Shown here in pieces: positions 19,307 to 30,955 of a DNA stretch of 64,000 nucleotides. Position numbers and translations under genes: made by a program. The notes beneath the pieces were generated by a model, which worked only from the letters and a program-made list of their open reading frames with translations, made no database searches and had not been told where the DNA came from. Numbering within the stretch: the stretch's first letter is position 1; the number at the start of each line of letters is the position of its first letter. Source of the DNA: Alphaproteobacteria bacterium (GTDB lineage: Bacteria; Pseudomonadota; Alphaproteobacteria; UBA7887); NCBI GenBank assembly GCA_965214495.1, contig OZ243958.1, positions 22,372-86,371 on the forward strand. The letters are read 5' to 3'.

Positions 19307-21577
19307 TCAGTTTCCAAGCGTGAGCACGTGCGGAAAGCTCTCGCGAACCGCGCCGAGCGTCAGCGGCACTCGCACATAGTCGCCGTCGCGCCAGAGTGCC
19401 CACTGGTCGAGCAGGGTCGAACTGTTGAGCCAGCCGTCCTGTCCGCCCAGCAGGACGAACCAGTTGGCGTCCGGGTCCGTCATGTCGGAGATGTGGCGGG
19501 CGTTGGCACCGTAACGCACGGTGTGCTGCCCGGCGGAGGAGTCGTGCGCCGTCTTCATCAGCGTTTCGGAACTGCCGCCGACCCCGTATTCGGCGAAGCG
19601 GTAGCGACTGCCGATGACTGGCACCAGGGAGAGCGGGTGGTTCAGTTGCAGGCGGTGCATGTCGGCCCAGTTGTCGAATGCGGCGACGCCGGCCGCCGCT
19701 GCGTCGAGACCGGCAGCCAGCGCTGCGCGGACCGTCTCTTCACTGGCGGTTTCGATATCCTCGCGCAACAGCGTCTCGACGCGCCCGGGATCGGCGTAAG
19801 CCTGCCCGTCGGTCTCGCCGAAGGCGCGCGCGAAGAAGGCGGCGAAGAAGCCGTGGCGGAACTGCTCGAAACTGACCGCTCCGACCGAATCGGGCCGGTA
19901 ATGCCCATCCCAGTCGCGCATCCGCCGCACCGCCTCGTCGCGGGCCGGGTCGGTGGGCGCGCCGAGGCCGGCCGCATCGAGTTTCGCGACGAACAGGTCA
20001 CGCAGCTCGACCGACGAACGCGCATGCACGTCGCGCTGTATCGCCGCGACCGCCTCGACGCCGAGCGGAGTCTCCGCTTCGATCAACGCCGCGATGCGCC
20101 GCACCCGGTCGTCGCGGGAAAAGAAGAATCCTACCGGCATCCCGACGGCGCTGGGCCGGTTGTTGGCCGATGCCAGGAACCCGGACTCGGGATTGAGGCT
20201 GAACGGTAGTTCGCCGGCGGAGCGTATCTCCGTCCATGCGTCGTCGGACACCTCCCTGTCGAGGACGATGTCGGCGGGCGCTCCGTCCCGGCGCGGCAGC
20301 TGGGCCGCCATCACCTGGCCGATGTTCCCCTCGATGTCGGCGTAGAGCATGTTCTGGGCGGGGACGGCGAAACTGTCGAACGCGCGTCGGAACGAGTCGA
20401 AATCCCGCGCTCCGCACACGGCGCGCATGGCGCCGATCTCGTCGCTCGCGCGGTGCCCGATCCATCGCAACGCCGCTGGCGGCAGGTTGACGTTCGCGAG
20501 TTGCGGCGCGTCGGTGAGGATCGGACCCCAGCGGGTCTCGCGCACGGCCGCGTCCGCTTCCAGCCACCAGCGAACCGCGATCGGTTCCGTGCGCCTGGTT
20601 ATCTCCGACTCCGGCAGGTCGCTCACGTCGTAGAGGTCGCTCGAGGCCGCGCGCATATTGGTGCCGCCCCAGGCGATATAGGGGTTGCGTCCGATCGCGA
20701 AGAGAGGGAAGCCGGGGACCATCAGCCCCACCGCATGGCAGGACGGCGATCTGACCCCGGCGATCAACCACATGTTGGGGATGACGATTCCGATATGCGG
20801 ATCGTTGGCGAGAATGGCGCCGCCGGTGGTGGTGTGGCGCGGCGCCAGCGCCACGCTGTTGCTGCCGGAGCGCGCGAGGCCGCCGAGCCACGCTTGCTGG
20901 CCGGCGGCCGCGTCGCCGTCGAAACTCGGCGCCGAGGCAGTCCCTTTCTCGACCAGCCGCGCCCACAGTTCGGGCCAGTCCTGCCGCCCGCGCAGCGGCA
21001 GCAGGTCCGCCCAGACCAGCCAGTTGACGTCGGTGCCGGACAGGCGGCCCACGGTGAGCAGGTCGGCGACCGTCCACGGCTCGCGCTCCAGTCCGAGAAC
21101 CCGGAATTCGTGCGGCAGTTCGGCGGCGGCGTTCTGGTAGTGGTTGATGCCGTCCACGAAGCGCTGAACCCAGCGCCGCGTCGATTCGTCCATCGCGCGT
21201 TCGGTGTCGGCGGCGGCGCGTCCATAGGAGAGGATGCGCAGACCGCGGTCGATATCGATGGCCATGGGGCCAGCCATTTCCGACAGGCGGCCTTGGGCGA
21301 CCATGCGCATCATTACCATCTGGCCGAGCCGCAGGTGGGCGTGGACCAGGCCCAGCGCGAAAGCAGCGTCGTCGTCGGTGGCAGCGTCGATGAACGGGAT
21401 CTGCCGTTCGTTCCAGAACACCGTTACCGGCTCGCGCAGTGGCAAGCCGCGAGTCGGAAACGCCGCCAGGCGCTCGGCAAGACCGGCCGGCTTCGGCAGC
21501 GGTGACAGGAGCGCGCAGCCCGCGAGCAAGCTGCCGGCGACACCGAGACCGAGCCAGCTTGCGATACCATGCGCCAT
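19307..21577 (-). CDS. Penicillin acylase family Ntn-hydrolase with lipoprotein-like signal
   Basis: LLAGC lipobox, GSNSVAL nucleophile motif, ILANDPH, QNMLYAD, LASANNRP. Confidence 0.9.
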   Translation of the reverse strand: MAHGIASWLGLGVAGSLLAGCALLSPLPKPAGLAERLAAFPTRGLPLREPVTVFWNERQIPFIDAATDDDAAFALGLVHAHLRLGQMVMMRMVAQGRLSEMAGPMAIDIDRGLRILSYGRAAADTERAMDESTRRWVQRFVDGINHYQNAAAELPHEFRVLGLEREPWTVADLLTVGRLSGTDVNWLVWADLLPLRGRQDWPELWARLVEKGTASAPSFDGDAAAGQQAWLGGLARSGSNSVALAPRHTTTGGAILANDPHIGIVIPNMWLIAGVRSPSCHAVGLMVPGFPLFAIGRNPYIAWGGTNMRAASSDLYDVSDLPESEITRRTEPIAVRWWLEADAAVRETRWGPILTDAPQLANVNLPPAALRWIGHRASDEIGAMRAVCGARDFDSFRRAFDSFAVPAQNMLYADIEGNIGQVMAAQLPRRDGAPADIVLDREVSDDAWTEIRSAGELPFSLNPESGFLASANNRPSAVGMPVGFFFSRDDRVRRIAALIEAETPLGVEAVAAIQRDVHARSSVELRDLFVAKLDAAGLGAPTDPARDEAVRRMRDWDGHYRPDSVGAVSFEQFRHGFFAAFFARAFGETDGQAYADPGRVETLLREDIETASEETVRAALAAGLDAAAAGVAAFDNWADMHRLQLNHPLSLVPVIGSRYRFAEYGVGGSSETLMKTAHDSSAGQHTVRYGANARHISDMTDPDANWFVLLGGQDGWLNSSTLLDQWALWRDGDYVRVPLTLGAVRESFPHVLTLGN

Positions 21578-21772
21578 GGACCTCTCCCGGGGGCCGGTGA
21601 TTCTTGCCGTGAGTGGCAGCGTATCATACCGTGGCCGATGCATCGTGGCCGGCGCGAAAACGGCGCCACCCAAGGGCGTGTTTACCGGGAAACGGTGCCG
21701 TCGATACGGATGAGCCGCTCGCGACGGATGAACGTCATGACCGGGCGGAATTGAAAATGTTTCCGAGGGTGA

Positions 21773-21802
21773 TTGACGCGCCGCCGGGGGTGGCCGTAGA
21801 GT
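21773..21802 (+). promoter_or_regulatory. Putative sigma70 promoter for HU/tRNA-Val
   Basis: TTGACG-N18-TAGAGT upstream of hup. Confidence 0.45.
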
Positions 21803-21884
21803 CGCGATAGGGCCACGCCGCGGCGCTGGACCTAAGGCGTCTTGTCGTCTCGCGTTTCCCCAACCATCGCAAGGAGTTCGGATT

Positions 21885-22157
21885 TTGAACAAGCAGGACC
21901 TTGTGGCCGCCGTCGCCGAAACGGCAAGTTTGGCGAAGACCGACGCGAGCGCCGCCGTCGATGCGGTATTCAATACCATCACGCACGTTCTCAAGGAGCA
22001 GGGCGAGGTCCGCCTCGTCGGCTTCGGCTCCTTCAGCGTGACCCATCGCCCGGAATCGGAGGGGCGCAATCCGCGTACCGGAGAGAAGATCACGATCAGG
22101 GAATCGTATCTGCCTAAATTCAAGGCAGGCAGGGCTCTGAAGGACGCCATCAACTGA
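21885..22157 (+). CDS. hup: HU DNA-binding protein
   Basis: MNKQDLV, VRLVGFGSF, GRNPRTGE, PKFKAGRALKDAIN; AAGGAG RBS. Confidence 0.95.
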   Translation: MNKQDLVAAVAETASLAKTDASAAVDAVFNTITHVLKEQGEVRLVGFGSFSVTHRPESEGRNPRTGEKITIRESYLPKFKAGRALKDAIN

Positions 22158-22183
22158 GCCGCGTTCGCGCGCAACCCGGCCGG

Positions 22184-22259
22184 GGGCGATTAGCTCAGCT
22201 GGGAGAGCGTCTCGTTTACACCGAGAAGGCCGGCGGTTCGAACCCGTCATCGCCCACCA
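22184..22259 (+). tRNA. tRNA-Val(TAC)
   Basis: GGGCGAT/ATCGCCC acceptor stem, anticodon arm TCTCG-TTTACAC-CGAGA, GGTTCGAACCC T-arm, encoded CCA. Confidence 0.96.
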
Positions 22260-22281
22260 GCTCGGGGTCGCGGTCGTGGTC

Positions 22282-24132
22282 TCAGAACCCGGGATCGTCG
22301 CTCGCGAGGTAAGCGATTTCTTCGGGAGTGCTGTCGCGGCCGAGAATCGCGTTGCGATGCGGGAAGCGGCCGAAGCGGGCGATGATCTCGCGGTGACGCC
22401 GCGCGTAGTCCGCCACCGTGTCGCCGGACAGGCGCTCGACCGCGAGAGCCAGACAACGGTCCTGGTCGGCCATCTTTTCCGAGTGCATGAACGGCATATA
22501 GAAGAACTGCCGCCATTCGTCGGTGAACGTGGCGTCGCGGTCGAAGCCCCACGCCGTCGCATGCGCCGCTAACGCGCGCGCGCGCGCGTCAGCGGCGAAC
22601 GAACGCGCATCGCCGCGATAGATGTTCCGGGGCGCCTGATCGAGCAGGATGATCAGGGCCAGACAGCCGCGTGCGTTGTCGCGCCAGTCCTCCAGCGTGC
22701 CCGCCGCGGCCCGTTCGCTCGCCGCGCCGAGGCGGTCGCGGACCAGCGCGTCGAAGCCCGGGTCTTTCCCGTACCAGCGTGCCGGCCCCGCTTCGTCGAA
22801 CCAGAACGCCAGCACTTCCTCGACCGTCGCTGCTGCGTCGCCGAAGACCCGGCGGAACAGCGTATCGACATGTTTCAGGTGGTGGTCGAGATCGAACAGG
22901 CCGTCGAGTGCGGCCGCGTCGAGGCGGCGCGAGATCTCCGCGTCCTCGCCGAGTGCGGTGCGAAAGTCCGTTCCTTCCTCGCGCCACACCCGCATGGCGT
23001 TGCGCTGGACCGCGGCGTAGGCGGACTCGCGGCTCATGCCGGCCTGGGTCAGCGCCAGCAACGCGCGCTGCGAGTGCACCAGCCCGCCGAGCAGGTCCAG
23101 GTTCCGACGCATCGCGTCCGGATACACCAGCAGCCTGTCGATCACCCCGGTCAGACGCACCAGCGCGAAGTCGAGCGTGGTCGTGGCGTCGGGCCCGATG
23201 CCGCGTTCGACCGATGAATGCGAGATGTCGCGCTCGTGCCAGAGCGCGACGTTTTCGAGCGCCGGGGCCACCGCCGCCCGCACCAGACGCGCGAGTCCCG
23301 TGAGGTTCTCCGAAAGCACCGGGTTGCGCTTGTGCGGCATGGCCGAAGACCCCTTCTGCCCTTCGGAGAAGAACTCTTCCGCCTCGCGCAGTTCGGTGCG
23401 CTGCAAATGCCGGATCTCGGTCGCCACGCGCTCGATCGATGCTGCGACGACACCGAGCGTGGCGAAGAACATCGCGTGCCGGTCTCGCGGAATCACCTGG
23501 GTCGAAATCGGCTCCACCGCGAGTCCGAAGGAGCGCGCGACATGGGCTTCCACCGCCGGGTCGATATCGGCGAAGGTCCCCACCGCCCCGGATATGGCGC
23601 AGGTAGCGATTTCCGCGCGCGCCGCCGCCAGGCGTTCCCGGTGGCGCGCGAATTCCGCCCATGCCTGGGCCAGTTTGAGGCCGAAGGTCGTCGGCTCGGC
23701 GTGAATGCCGTGGCTGCGGCCGATGCACGGCGTGCGTTGGTGCTCGCGTGCGCGCCGTTCCAACACGGTCAGCAGGGCGTCGATATCGGCAAGAAGGATA
23801 TCGGCGGCGCGGGTCAACTGAACGGCGAAACAGGTATCGAGCACGTCGGACGAGGTCATGCCCTGGTGCATGAACCGCGCTTCATCGCCGACATGCTCGG
23901 CGACGTTCGTCAGGAAGGCGATGACGTCGTGCCGGACCTCGCGCTCGATGGCGTCGATGCGCGCGATCTCGAAGCGGCCCCGTTCGGCGAGCGCGGCGGC
24001 GACGCCGGCGGGGATCGCGCCGAGCATCTCTTGTGCCTCGCAGGCATGGCGTTCGATGTCAAGCCAGATGCGGAACCGCGTTTCCGGCGCCCAGATCGCC
24101 GCCATTTCGGGGCGGGTGTAGCGGGGGATCAT
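22282..24132 (-). CDS. purB: Adenylosuccinate lyase fused in frame to a C-terminal DUF924 domain
   Basis: MIPRY, GRSHGIHAEP, GSSAMPHKRNP, WHERDISHSS; after the usual PurB end (FRRVFG) reads on into VLAFWF, LDQAPRNIYR, FYMPFMHSE, FGRFPHRNAILGR. Confidence 0.93.
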   Translation of the reverse strand: MIPRYTRPEMAAIWAPETRFRIWLDIERHACEAQEMLGAIPAGVAAALAERGRFEIARIDAIEREVRHDVIAFLTNVAEHVGDEARFMHQGMTSSDVLDTCFAVQLTRAADILLADIDALLTVLERRAREHQRTPCIGRSHGIHAEPTTFGLKLAQAWAEFARHRERLAAARAEIATCAISGAVGTFADIDPAVEAHVARSFGLAVEPISTQVIPRDRHAMFFATLGVVAASIERVATEIRHLQRTELREAEEFFSEGQKGSSAMPHKRNPVLSENLTGLARLVRAAVAPALENVALWHERDISHSSVERGIGPDATTTLDFALVRLTGVIDRLLVYPDAMRRNLDLLGGLVHSQRALLALTQAGMSRESAYAAVQRNAMRVWREEGTDFRTALGEDAEISRRLDAAALDGLFDLDHHLKHVDTLFRRVFGDAAATVEEVLAFWFDEAGPARWYGKDPGFDALVRDRLGAASERAAAGTLEDWRDNARGCLALIILLDQAPRNIYRGDARSFAADARARALAAHATAWGFDRDATFTDEWRQFFYMPFMHSEKMADQDRCLALAVERLSGDTVADYARRHREIIARFGRFPHRNAILGRDSTPEEIAYLASDDPGF

Positions 24133-24135
24133 CGT

Positions 24136-26172
24136 TCAGCGTAACGCCGCGGCAATGTTGCCGCCATCGACCGTGAGCACCGCGCCGGTCGTCCCGCGGG
24201 CGAGCGCAAGGTGCACGAAAGCCTGCGCGACGTCTTCGGCTGTCACTTCGCGGCCGAGCAGGTTGCCGGTCATGTATTCGCGCGCCTCGATCCCGCGCGC
24301 CGCGGCGCGACGGGCGATCATGTCGGCGGTCAGCAAGCCGCCGCGAACGCGGTCGGCGTTGACCGCATTCGCGCGAATGCCCTCGTCGCCGTAATCGAGC
24401 GCGTATTGCCGGCTGAGGAACAGCGTCGCCGCCTTGGGCAGGCCATAAGGACCGAAGTCGCGCCCCGGATTCACCGCCTGCTTCGAAGCGTTGAACAGCA
24501 GGCATCCACCCGTGCCCTGCGCGCGCATCACCCGAACCGCGTTTCGGGCGACGCTCTGATGAGCGAAGAAATTGAGTTCGAAACTCGCACGCAACGCCGC
24601 GTCCCCGACTTCGCCGATACGCCCTTCCCATGCCGCGCCGGCGTTCGAGACCACGATGTCGATACCGCCGAAGGTCTCGCACACCGTATCGAAGGCAGCG
24701 CGCACCGCGTCTGCGTCGGTCACGTCGCACGCAATCCCGAGCTCGGCGGCAGCCTCTGCCGCGTCGCCGTCGAGATCGAGAGCGGCCACGGCGGCGCCCG
24801 CTTCGGCGAATGCGGCGGCGCACGCCCGCCCGATCGTGCCCGCGCCGCCGGTGACGACGACCACTTGACGTGCGAGCGGCGTCTCGACCGTCTTGCCCAG
24901 CTTGGCTTGTTCGAGCGACCAGTATTCGACATCGAACAGGTCGCTCTCGTCGATGCTTTCGAAACGGCCAAGCGCTTCGGCGTCGCCGATGACCTGTATG
25001 GTGGTCTCGGCGAGATCGGCGGCAACGCGCGCCTCCGCGACCGTTTTACCGAGTCCGAACGCCCCGACTCCTGGAACCAGAATCACCCGGGGCACCGGAT
25101 CGAGCGGGATCTTCGGCACGCGCCGCTCAGCGTTATGGCGCGAGAAATAAGCCCGGTAGTCGGTCGCGAAACGCTTGAACGCCGCTTCGGCGGCAGCGCG
25201 AAAACCGGCGAGATCGCCGCTATCGGGCGCCGGCGCCAGCAGGGGCCGGCCCTTGGTGCGGATGACGTGATCCGGCGTGACGACACCGACCTGACTATAC
25301 CGCGCAACGTCCGCACCGTTGACGTAGGCCATGACGTCCGGCCCGCCGCGGTGATCGAGCAGCCACCGCTGCGGTTCGTCGCCGGTCGGTTCCGCGGCGA
25401 GTCCGCGCAGGATGGGTGCGACGTCGGCGGCCCGTGCGTGAGGGCGCGGGTGGCGCATCGTGACGATGGTTCGCGGCGCCCGCGCGATGCGTGCCTCGGC
25501 GAGGGTCACCAGGTCGATCATCCGGGCGTAGGCTTCCGCGGCACTGCCACCGAACGAGAACACGCCGTGCTTGAGCAGGATCAGGCCCTCGACGCCGGGG
25601 TTGGCGTCATACGCCGCCCGCGCCCGTTTGGCGAGGGCGAAGCCCGGCATAACGTAGGGCACGATGGCGGCGCGGTCGCCGTAAACCTCGGCGGCGCGTT
25701 GACTGCCGTCGGGCTGGCAGGTCAGCGCCAGGACCGCCCAGGCATGGGTATGATCGATGAATTTATGGGGCAGGAAGGCGTGGAGCAGGGCTTCGACCGA
25801 GGGCGTCGGCGCCGTGCTGTCGAGCAGGCTCAACCGGTGCGCGTTGACCATGTCTTCGTCGGACAGTGCGTCGCGCGCAACCAGCGGGCGGACCGCGTCG
25901 AGTCGCATCGCCGGCAGGCCGGGCGGCTCGATCGACGCCATGTCCCAGCCGGAACCCTTGACGCACATCGCCTCGACCGGGTCGCCGCCCAGGTCGGGCA
26001 GGACGGTCTTGACCGAAGTGTTGCCGCCGCCGTGCTGTACCAGCCGGGGCTCGCCGCCGAGCAGGCGGGTGGTATAGACGCGCAACGCCACGTCGGCGCT
26101 GACCCCTTGCGCGCCGTAACGCGCTGTCATGGCCGCGGCGTCGCGATCCGACCAGAGATTGTCCATGCTCAT
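24136..26172 (-). CDS. Bifunctional class II aldolase / short-chain dehydrogenase (RhaD-like)
   Basis: HGGGNTSVK, PSVEALLHA, DHTHA, TPDHVIRTK, EYWSLEQAKL, TGGAGTIG, YGLPK. Confidence 0.92.
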   Translation of the reverse strand: MSMDNLWSDRDAAAMTARYGAQGVSADVALRVYTTRLLGGEPRLVQHGGGNTSVKTVLPDLGGDPVEAMCVKGSGWDMASIEPPGLPAMRLDAVRPLVARDALSDEDMVNAHRLSLLDSTAPTPSVEALLHAFLPHKFIDHTHAWAVLALTCQPDGSQRAAEVYGDRAAIVPYVMPGFALAKRARAAYDANPGVEGLILLKHGVFSFGGSAAEAYARMIDLVTLAEARIARAPRTIVTMRHPRPHARAADVAPILRGLAAEPTGDEPQRWLLDHRGGPDVMAYVNGADVARYSQVGVVTPDHVIRTKGRPLLAPAPDSGDLAGFRAAAEAAFKRFATDYRAYFSRHNAERRVPKIPLDPVPRVILVPGVGAFGLGKTVAEARVAADLAETTIQVIGDAEALGRFESIDESDLFDVEYWSLEQAKLGKTVETPLARQVVVVTGGAGTIGRACAAAFAEAGAAVAALDLDGDAAEAAAELGIACDVTDADAVRAAFDTVCETFGGIDIVVSNAGAAWEGRIGEVGDAALRASFELNFFAHQSVARNAVRVMRAQGTGGCLLFNASKQAVNPGRDFGPYGLPKAATLFLSRQYALDYGDEGIRANAVNADRVRGGLLTADMIARRAAARGIEAREYMTGNLLGREVTAEDVAQAFVHLALARGTTGAVLTVDGGNIAAALR

Positions 26173-26233
26173 TCTCGCGCGGCGACGGACCCTGAATAGG
26201 GGCGCGCCCGACAGCGGTCAAGCGGAGCCGGCG

Positions 26234-26259
26234 AAAAGGGGCCGCCGTCAGGCGGCCCC
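26234..26259 (-). terminator. Probable intrinsic terminator after glnA
   Basis: 9-bp stem GGGGCCGCC/GGCGGCCCC with 4-nt loop, followed on the minus strand by TTTT. Confidence 0.6.
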
Positions 26260-26299
26260 CGGGGAGGATAAGCGGAAGGAAAGGGGAGGGCGACCGTGC

Positions 26300-27709
26300 T
26301 CAGACCGAGTAGTACATGCTGAATTCGATCGGATGCGGCGCGTGCTCGAAAGTATAGACCTCCTCCCATTTGAGATCCATGTAACCTTCGAGTTGGTCCC
26401 TGGAGAACACGTCGCCCTGGGTCAGGAAATCGTGGTCCGCTTCCAGCGCGTTCAGCGCGTTGCGCAGGCTGTGGCAAACCGTCGGCACGTCGGTGATTTC
26501 CTCGGGCGGCAGGTCGTAGAGATTCTTGTCGATGGCTTCGCCCGGATCGATGCGGTTCTGGATTCCGTCGAGGCCGGCCATGAGCATTGCCGAGAAAGCG
26601 AGATAGGGGTTGGCCGAAGGGTCGGGGAAGCGCACCTCCACCCGTTTGCCCTTCGGACCCGACGCATAGGGGATACGGCAGGCGGCGGAGCGGTTGCGCG
26701 CCGAGTAGGCGAGCAGCACCGGCGCTTCGAAGCCCGGCACCACGCGCTTGTAGCTGTTGGTCGTCGGGTTGGTGAACGCGTTCAGCGCCTGCGCGTGCCG
26801 GATGATGCCGCCGATATAGTGCAGCGCCGTGTCGGACAGTTCCGCATAGCCCGAGCCGGCGAACAGCGGCGCTCCTTCTTTCCACACCGACTGGTGGCAG
26901 TGCATGCCCGAGCCGTTGTCCTCGACCACGGGCTTCGGCATGAAGGTCGCGGTCTTGCCGTAGGAATGGGCGACCTGGTGCACGCAGTATTTGTAGATCT
27001 GCACCGCGTCGGCGCACTGTTTCAGCGGCAGATAACCGAAGCCGAGTTCGTTCTGGCTCGGCGCGACCTCGTGGTGATGCTTCTCCATCGCCAGCCCCAT
27101 TTCCATCATGGTGCTGACCATTTCCGAACGCAGGTCCATCATCGAGTCCACCGGCGGCACCGGAAAGTAGCCGCCCTTCGGCGGCGGACGGTGGCCGATA
27201 TTGCCGTCTTCGACCACGGCGTCGGAATTGTAGGGGCCTTCCTCGTGGTCGATGCTGTAGGCGGTGCGGTTCTGCGAGACCTGCCAGCGCACGTCGTCGA
27301 AGACGAAGAATTCGAGCTCTGGCCCGAAATACGCGGTGTCGCCGACATCGGACGCCTTCAGATAGGCTTCCGCCTTGCCGGCGGTCGAGCGCGGATCGCG
27401 CAGATAGGGCTGGCCAGTCTGCGGTTCGAGAATGTCGCAGAACAGGACCAGGGTCGGCTGCGCGGTGAACGGGTCGAGCACGGCCGTGGACAGATCCGGC
27501 ATGATGTTCATGTCGGACTCGTGAATCGACTTCCAGCCGGCGATGGACGAGCCGTCGAACATGACGCCGTCCTCGAGCACGTCTTCATCGACCGAGTCGG
27601 CGGTCTGCGCGGTGTGCTGCCATTTGCCGCGCGGATCGGTGAAACGAAAATCGACGATCGCGACCTCGTTTTCCTTGATCATCTCGAGAACGGTGTTGGC
27701 GTCGGACAT
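26300..27709 (-). CDS. glnA: Type I glutamine synthetase
   Basis: [50 protein letters not shown] adenylylation site. Confidence 0.98.
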   Translation of the reverse strand: MSDANTVLEMIKENEVAIVDFRFTDPRGKWQHTAQTADSVDEDVLEDGVMFDGSSIAGWKSIHESDMNIMPDLSTAVLDPFTAQPTLVLFCDILEPQTGQPYLRDPRSTAGKAEAYLKASDVGDTAYFGPELEFFVFDDVRWQVSQNRTAYSIDHEEGPYNSDAVVEDGNIGHRPPPKGGYFPVPPVDSMMDLRSEMVSTMMEMGLAMEKHHHEVAPSQNELGFGYLPLKQCADAVQIYKYCVHQVAHSYGKTATFMPKPVVEDNGSGMHCHQSVWKEGAPLFAGSGYAELSDTALHYIGGIIRHAQALNAFTNPTTNSYKRVVPGFEAPVLLAYSARNRSAACRIPYASGPKGKRVEVRFPDPSANPYLAFSAMLMAGLDGIQNRIDPGEAIDKNLYDLPPEEITDVPTVCHSLRNALNALEADHDFLTQGDVFSRDQLEGYMDLKWEEVYTFEHAPHPIEFSMYYSV

Positions 27710-27762
27710 GGTGCTGCTTTCTGCTGGACTGTGCGTTGGGGTTGGGGGCGCGCCGGGAGAAG

Positions 27763-28263
<501 letters not shown>

Positions 28264-28362
28264 ATCAGCGACGCTGTTGACACGCGGTACCGATCCTCAG
28301 AAAAGTATGTCCGACGTGGTGCCAAATCTCGCCCCGGAACTTCGCACGCGGCTCATGAATTC

Positions 28363-30955
28363 ATGACTCCCGGTTTCCAAGTCGATTGGGAACAGTTGCT
28401 GCTGGTCTTTCTGCACGATCCGATCGACAAGGCGCTCGACATCAGGGGGCACGAGGCGCGCGCCGCGCGCTACGCCTCGACGGCGCTGGGGCGGACGGTT
28501 CGCCGCGAGGAGATGAAATCGACCGCGGCGCTCGCCGATCAATTGGCGGCGATCGCCGAACGGGTGCCGATGCCAACCGCGGGGGTTGGAGGTCGGCGCG
28601 CGGTTGCGCCCGCGAACGGAACGCTGACGGTCAACCATCCCGTCAGCGGAGAAGCGGGCGAGATCGATTGCCAACCCGTTGACGAAGCACGGATCGACCG
28701 GGCGGTCGCGGGGATCGTCGACGGGTGCGACACCCCCAGGCAACGCTTTCTCGCCCTCTGGCGTCTCCTGCCGGAGCGCGTCGAGGAGGCGTTCGGCGCC
28801 TGGATAACCCGGTTGCCGGCAGATACGCGGGTTCCGGACCACTCGCTCGTCAGCCATGCCGATATTGCCGCCGGGATCTGGGCCAGCCGCCAAAGCGTTC
28901 ACGGCGGGGCCTACCTTCTCTTTCGCGTTGGGGCCGGTGCAGACGTTCATCGAAGCCGCCCGTTCGGTGCGCGATCTGTGGACAGGCAGCGCCATCCTGT
29001 CGTGGCTCGCCTTCACGGCAATGCGACCGGTCATCGATTCGCTCGGTCCGACCTCGTTTGTCTACCCGTCGTTGAGCGGCAACCCGACGATGGATCTGTG
29101 GTTGCGGAGAGTTGCGGGAATCGACGGCGTTCCGATGCCGGAGCTGGAGGCACGCAAAAGCCCCTCGCTGCCGAACCGCTTCATCGCGGTGGTTCCCTGG
29201 GGAGCGAACGGCACCGATGCCAAGCGGTTGGCCGAGCAATGCGAGCGCTCGGTGCGGGAAGCCTGGAAGACGTCGGTCGCCGCCGTGCGCGGAGAACTCG
29301 CGCCGGAGCTGGCGGCAATCTGCCCGGACTGGGACCGGTTGTGGTCCGCGCAGACGGCCGATTTCTTCGAGGTCAGGACGACGGTGGTGCCGGAGCGCGC
29401 CCTCGACGACGAAACGATGGCGCGGTTGATCGGCGGCCGACCGTTCGACGAGGTCTGGCCCGACGCTGCCGCGATTCGGGCCCTTTCAAGCGCGATCCCG
29501 AGCGCCGACCGACCGTCCTACCGGCAAGACGCTGCCGGGCAGTGGCAGGCGCAATTGGAACTATCAGCCCGCGTCATGGACGCGAATCGCGCGATCCGCA
29601 AGGTGCCGGCAAACGGGGGAGGTGGCGATACGAGTGCGATGTCGCCGCCCAAATGCAGCCTGTTCGGCTCCTGGGAGCAGATGGGCCCGGCGAGTCTTCG
29701 AGAATCCGCATCGTTCTGGGACAACGCCGCCTCCCGGCTGAACGTGGACGGCGTGAGGCTGCGGACAGGGGAGCGTCTATGCGCTGTCGCGCTGGCAAAG
29801 CGGTTTGCGGGGCCCGCGTTCCTCGCCGGCGAGTTCGCTCTCGACCGCGCAAGTATGCGCTTCCCGGACACCGCGACGGTCTCGGCTGCGACATGGCTGC
29901 GCGAAGCGGGCATCGATCCCGACGCCGTTCGATCGACCTCTGGCGGGCGTTGGAGCGGGCGGTGGCTTCACGGTTCCGATGGCGAGGAGGAGCCCCCGCC
30001 GCGCGGTGTTGCGGCGAGGATCGAGGAGGCCGTGCGGGATCGAGGCAGACCGCCATCGTATTTCGCCGTTCTGAAGATGGACGGCGACGATATCGGCAGC
30101 TGGCTGCGCGGCGAGCGGTCTCCGCCGCTGAAGGAGGTGATGCATCCCGGGATCGTTACCTGGTTCCAGGGCATTGGCGGGACGGCGGTCGAAGCCGCCC
30201 TGGCCGCGCGCCGGCCCGTCGGTCCGGCCCTGCACGCGTCGATCAGCGAGATGCTCGGCGCGTTCGCGGCGCGCATTGCGCCGGAGATCGTGCGGCAGCA
30301 CGACGGGACGGTGATCTATTCCGGCGGCGACGACCTGCTCGCCTTGCTGCCCTCGGCGCGCGCCGTCGCCTGTGCGCAGGCGCTGAGGCAGGCGTTCCGC
30401 AGCGGGGCCGATGGCACCGCCTGGTGCGGGATGGGAACCCGCGCCACCGTATCGGCGGGCATCGCCTATGTACATCACATGGAGGATCTGCGCCTTGCGC
30501 TCCGGGCGGCGCGAGAGGCTGAAGCCCGGGCCAAGGCGGAAGGCAAGGACGCACTGCATCTGTACTTCATGCGCCGTTCGGGCGAAAATGCAGGCGCGAC
30601 CGTCGACTGGCCGCTGACGCCATGGTTCACCGAACTGACCGAGTTGTTCGCCTGCGACGCCAGCAGCCGCTGGACCTATCGGCTGCGGTCCGAGCAACCG
30701 GTTCTCGCAGGCCCGCATCTCCCTCCCGAGGCGGTCTCCGCAGAGATCCGCCGGCTGGGTGACCGCATCGATGATCGGCGTTGGGACGAACACGCTCTTC
30801 GCGCCGGCTGTTCCGCCGGCGAACTGATCCGGCGGTGGTGGGAACGCTACCGCGACGCCTTGCGCCGGCGGACGGCGATCGACGACGATTCGCTGCGCTC
30901 GTTCGTTACTCTCTGCCAGGGCGCAGCGTTCGTCGCCAGAGGCGGCGATGGATAG
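28363..30955 (+). pseudogene. cas10: Type III-B Cas10/Cmr2, frameshifted near 28915-28925
   Basis: N-part VFLHDPIDKAL...LPADTRVPDHS...AYLL; C-part in another frame SFALGPVQTFIEAARSVRDLWTGS, PSLPNRF, LKMDGDDIG, IYSGGDDLL (GGDD intact). Confidence 0.92.
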
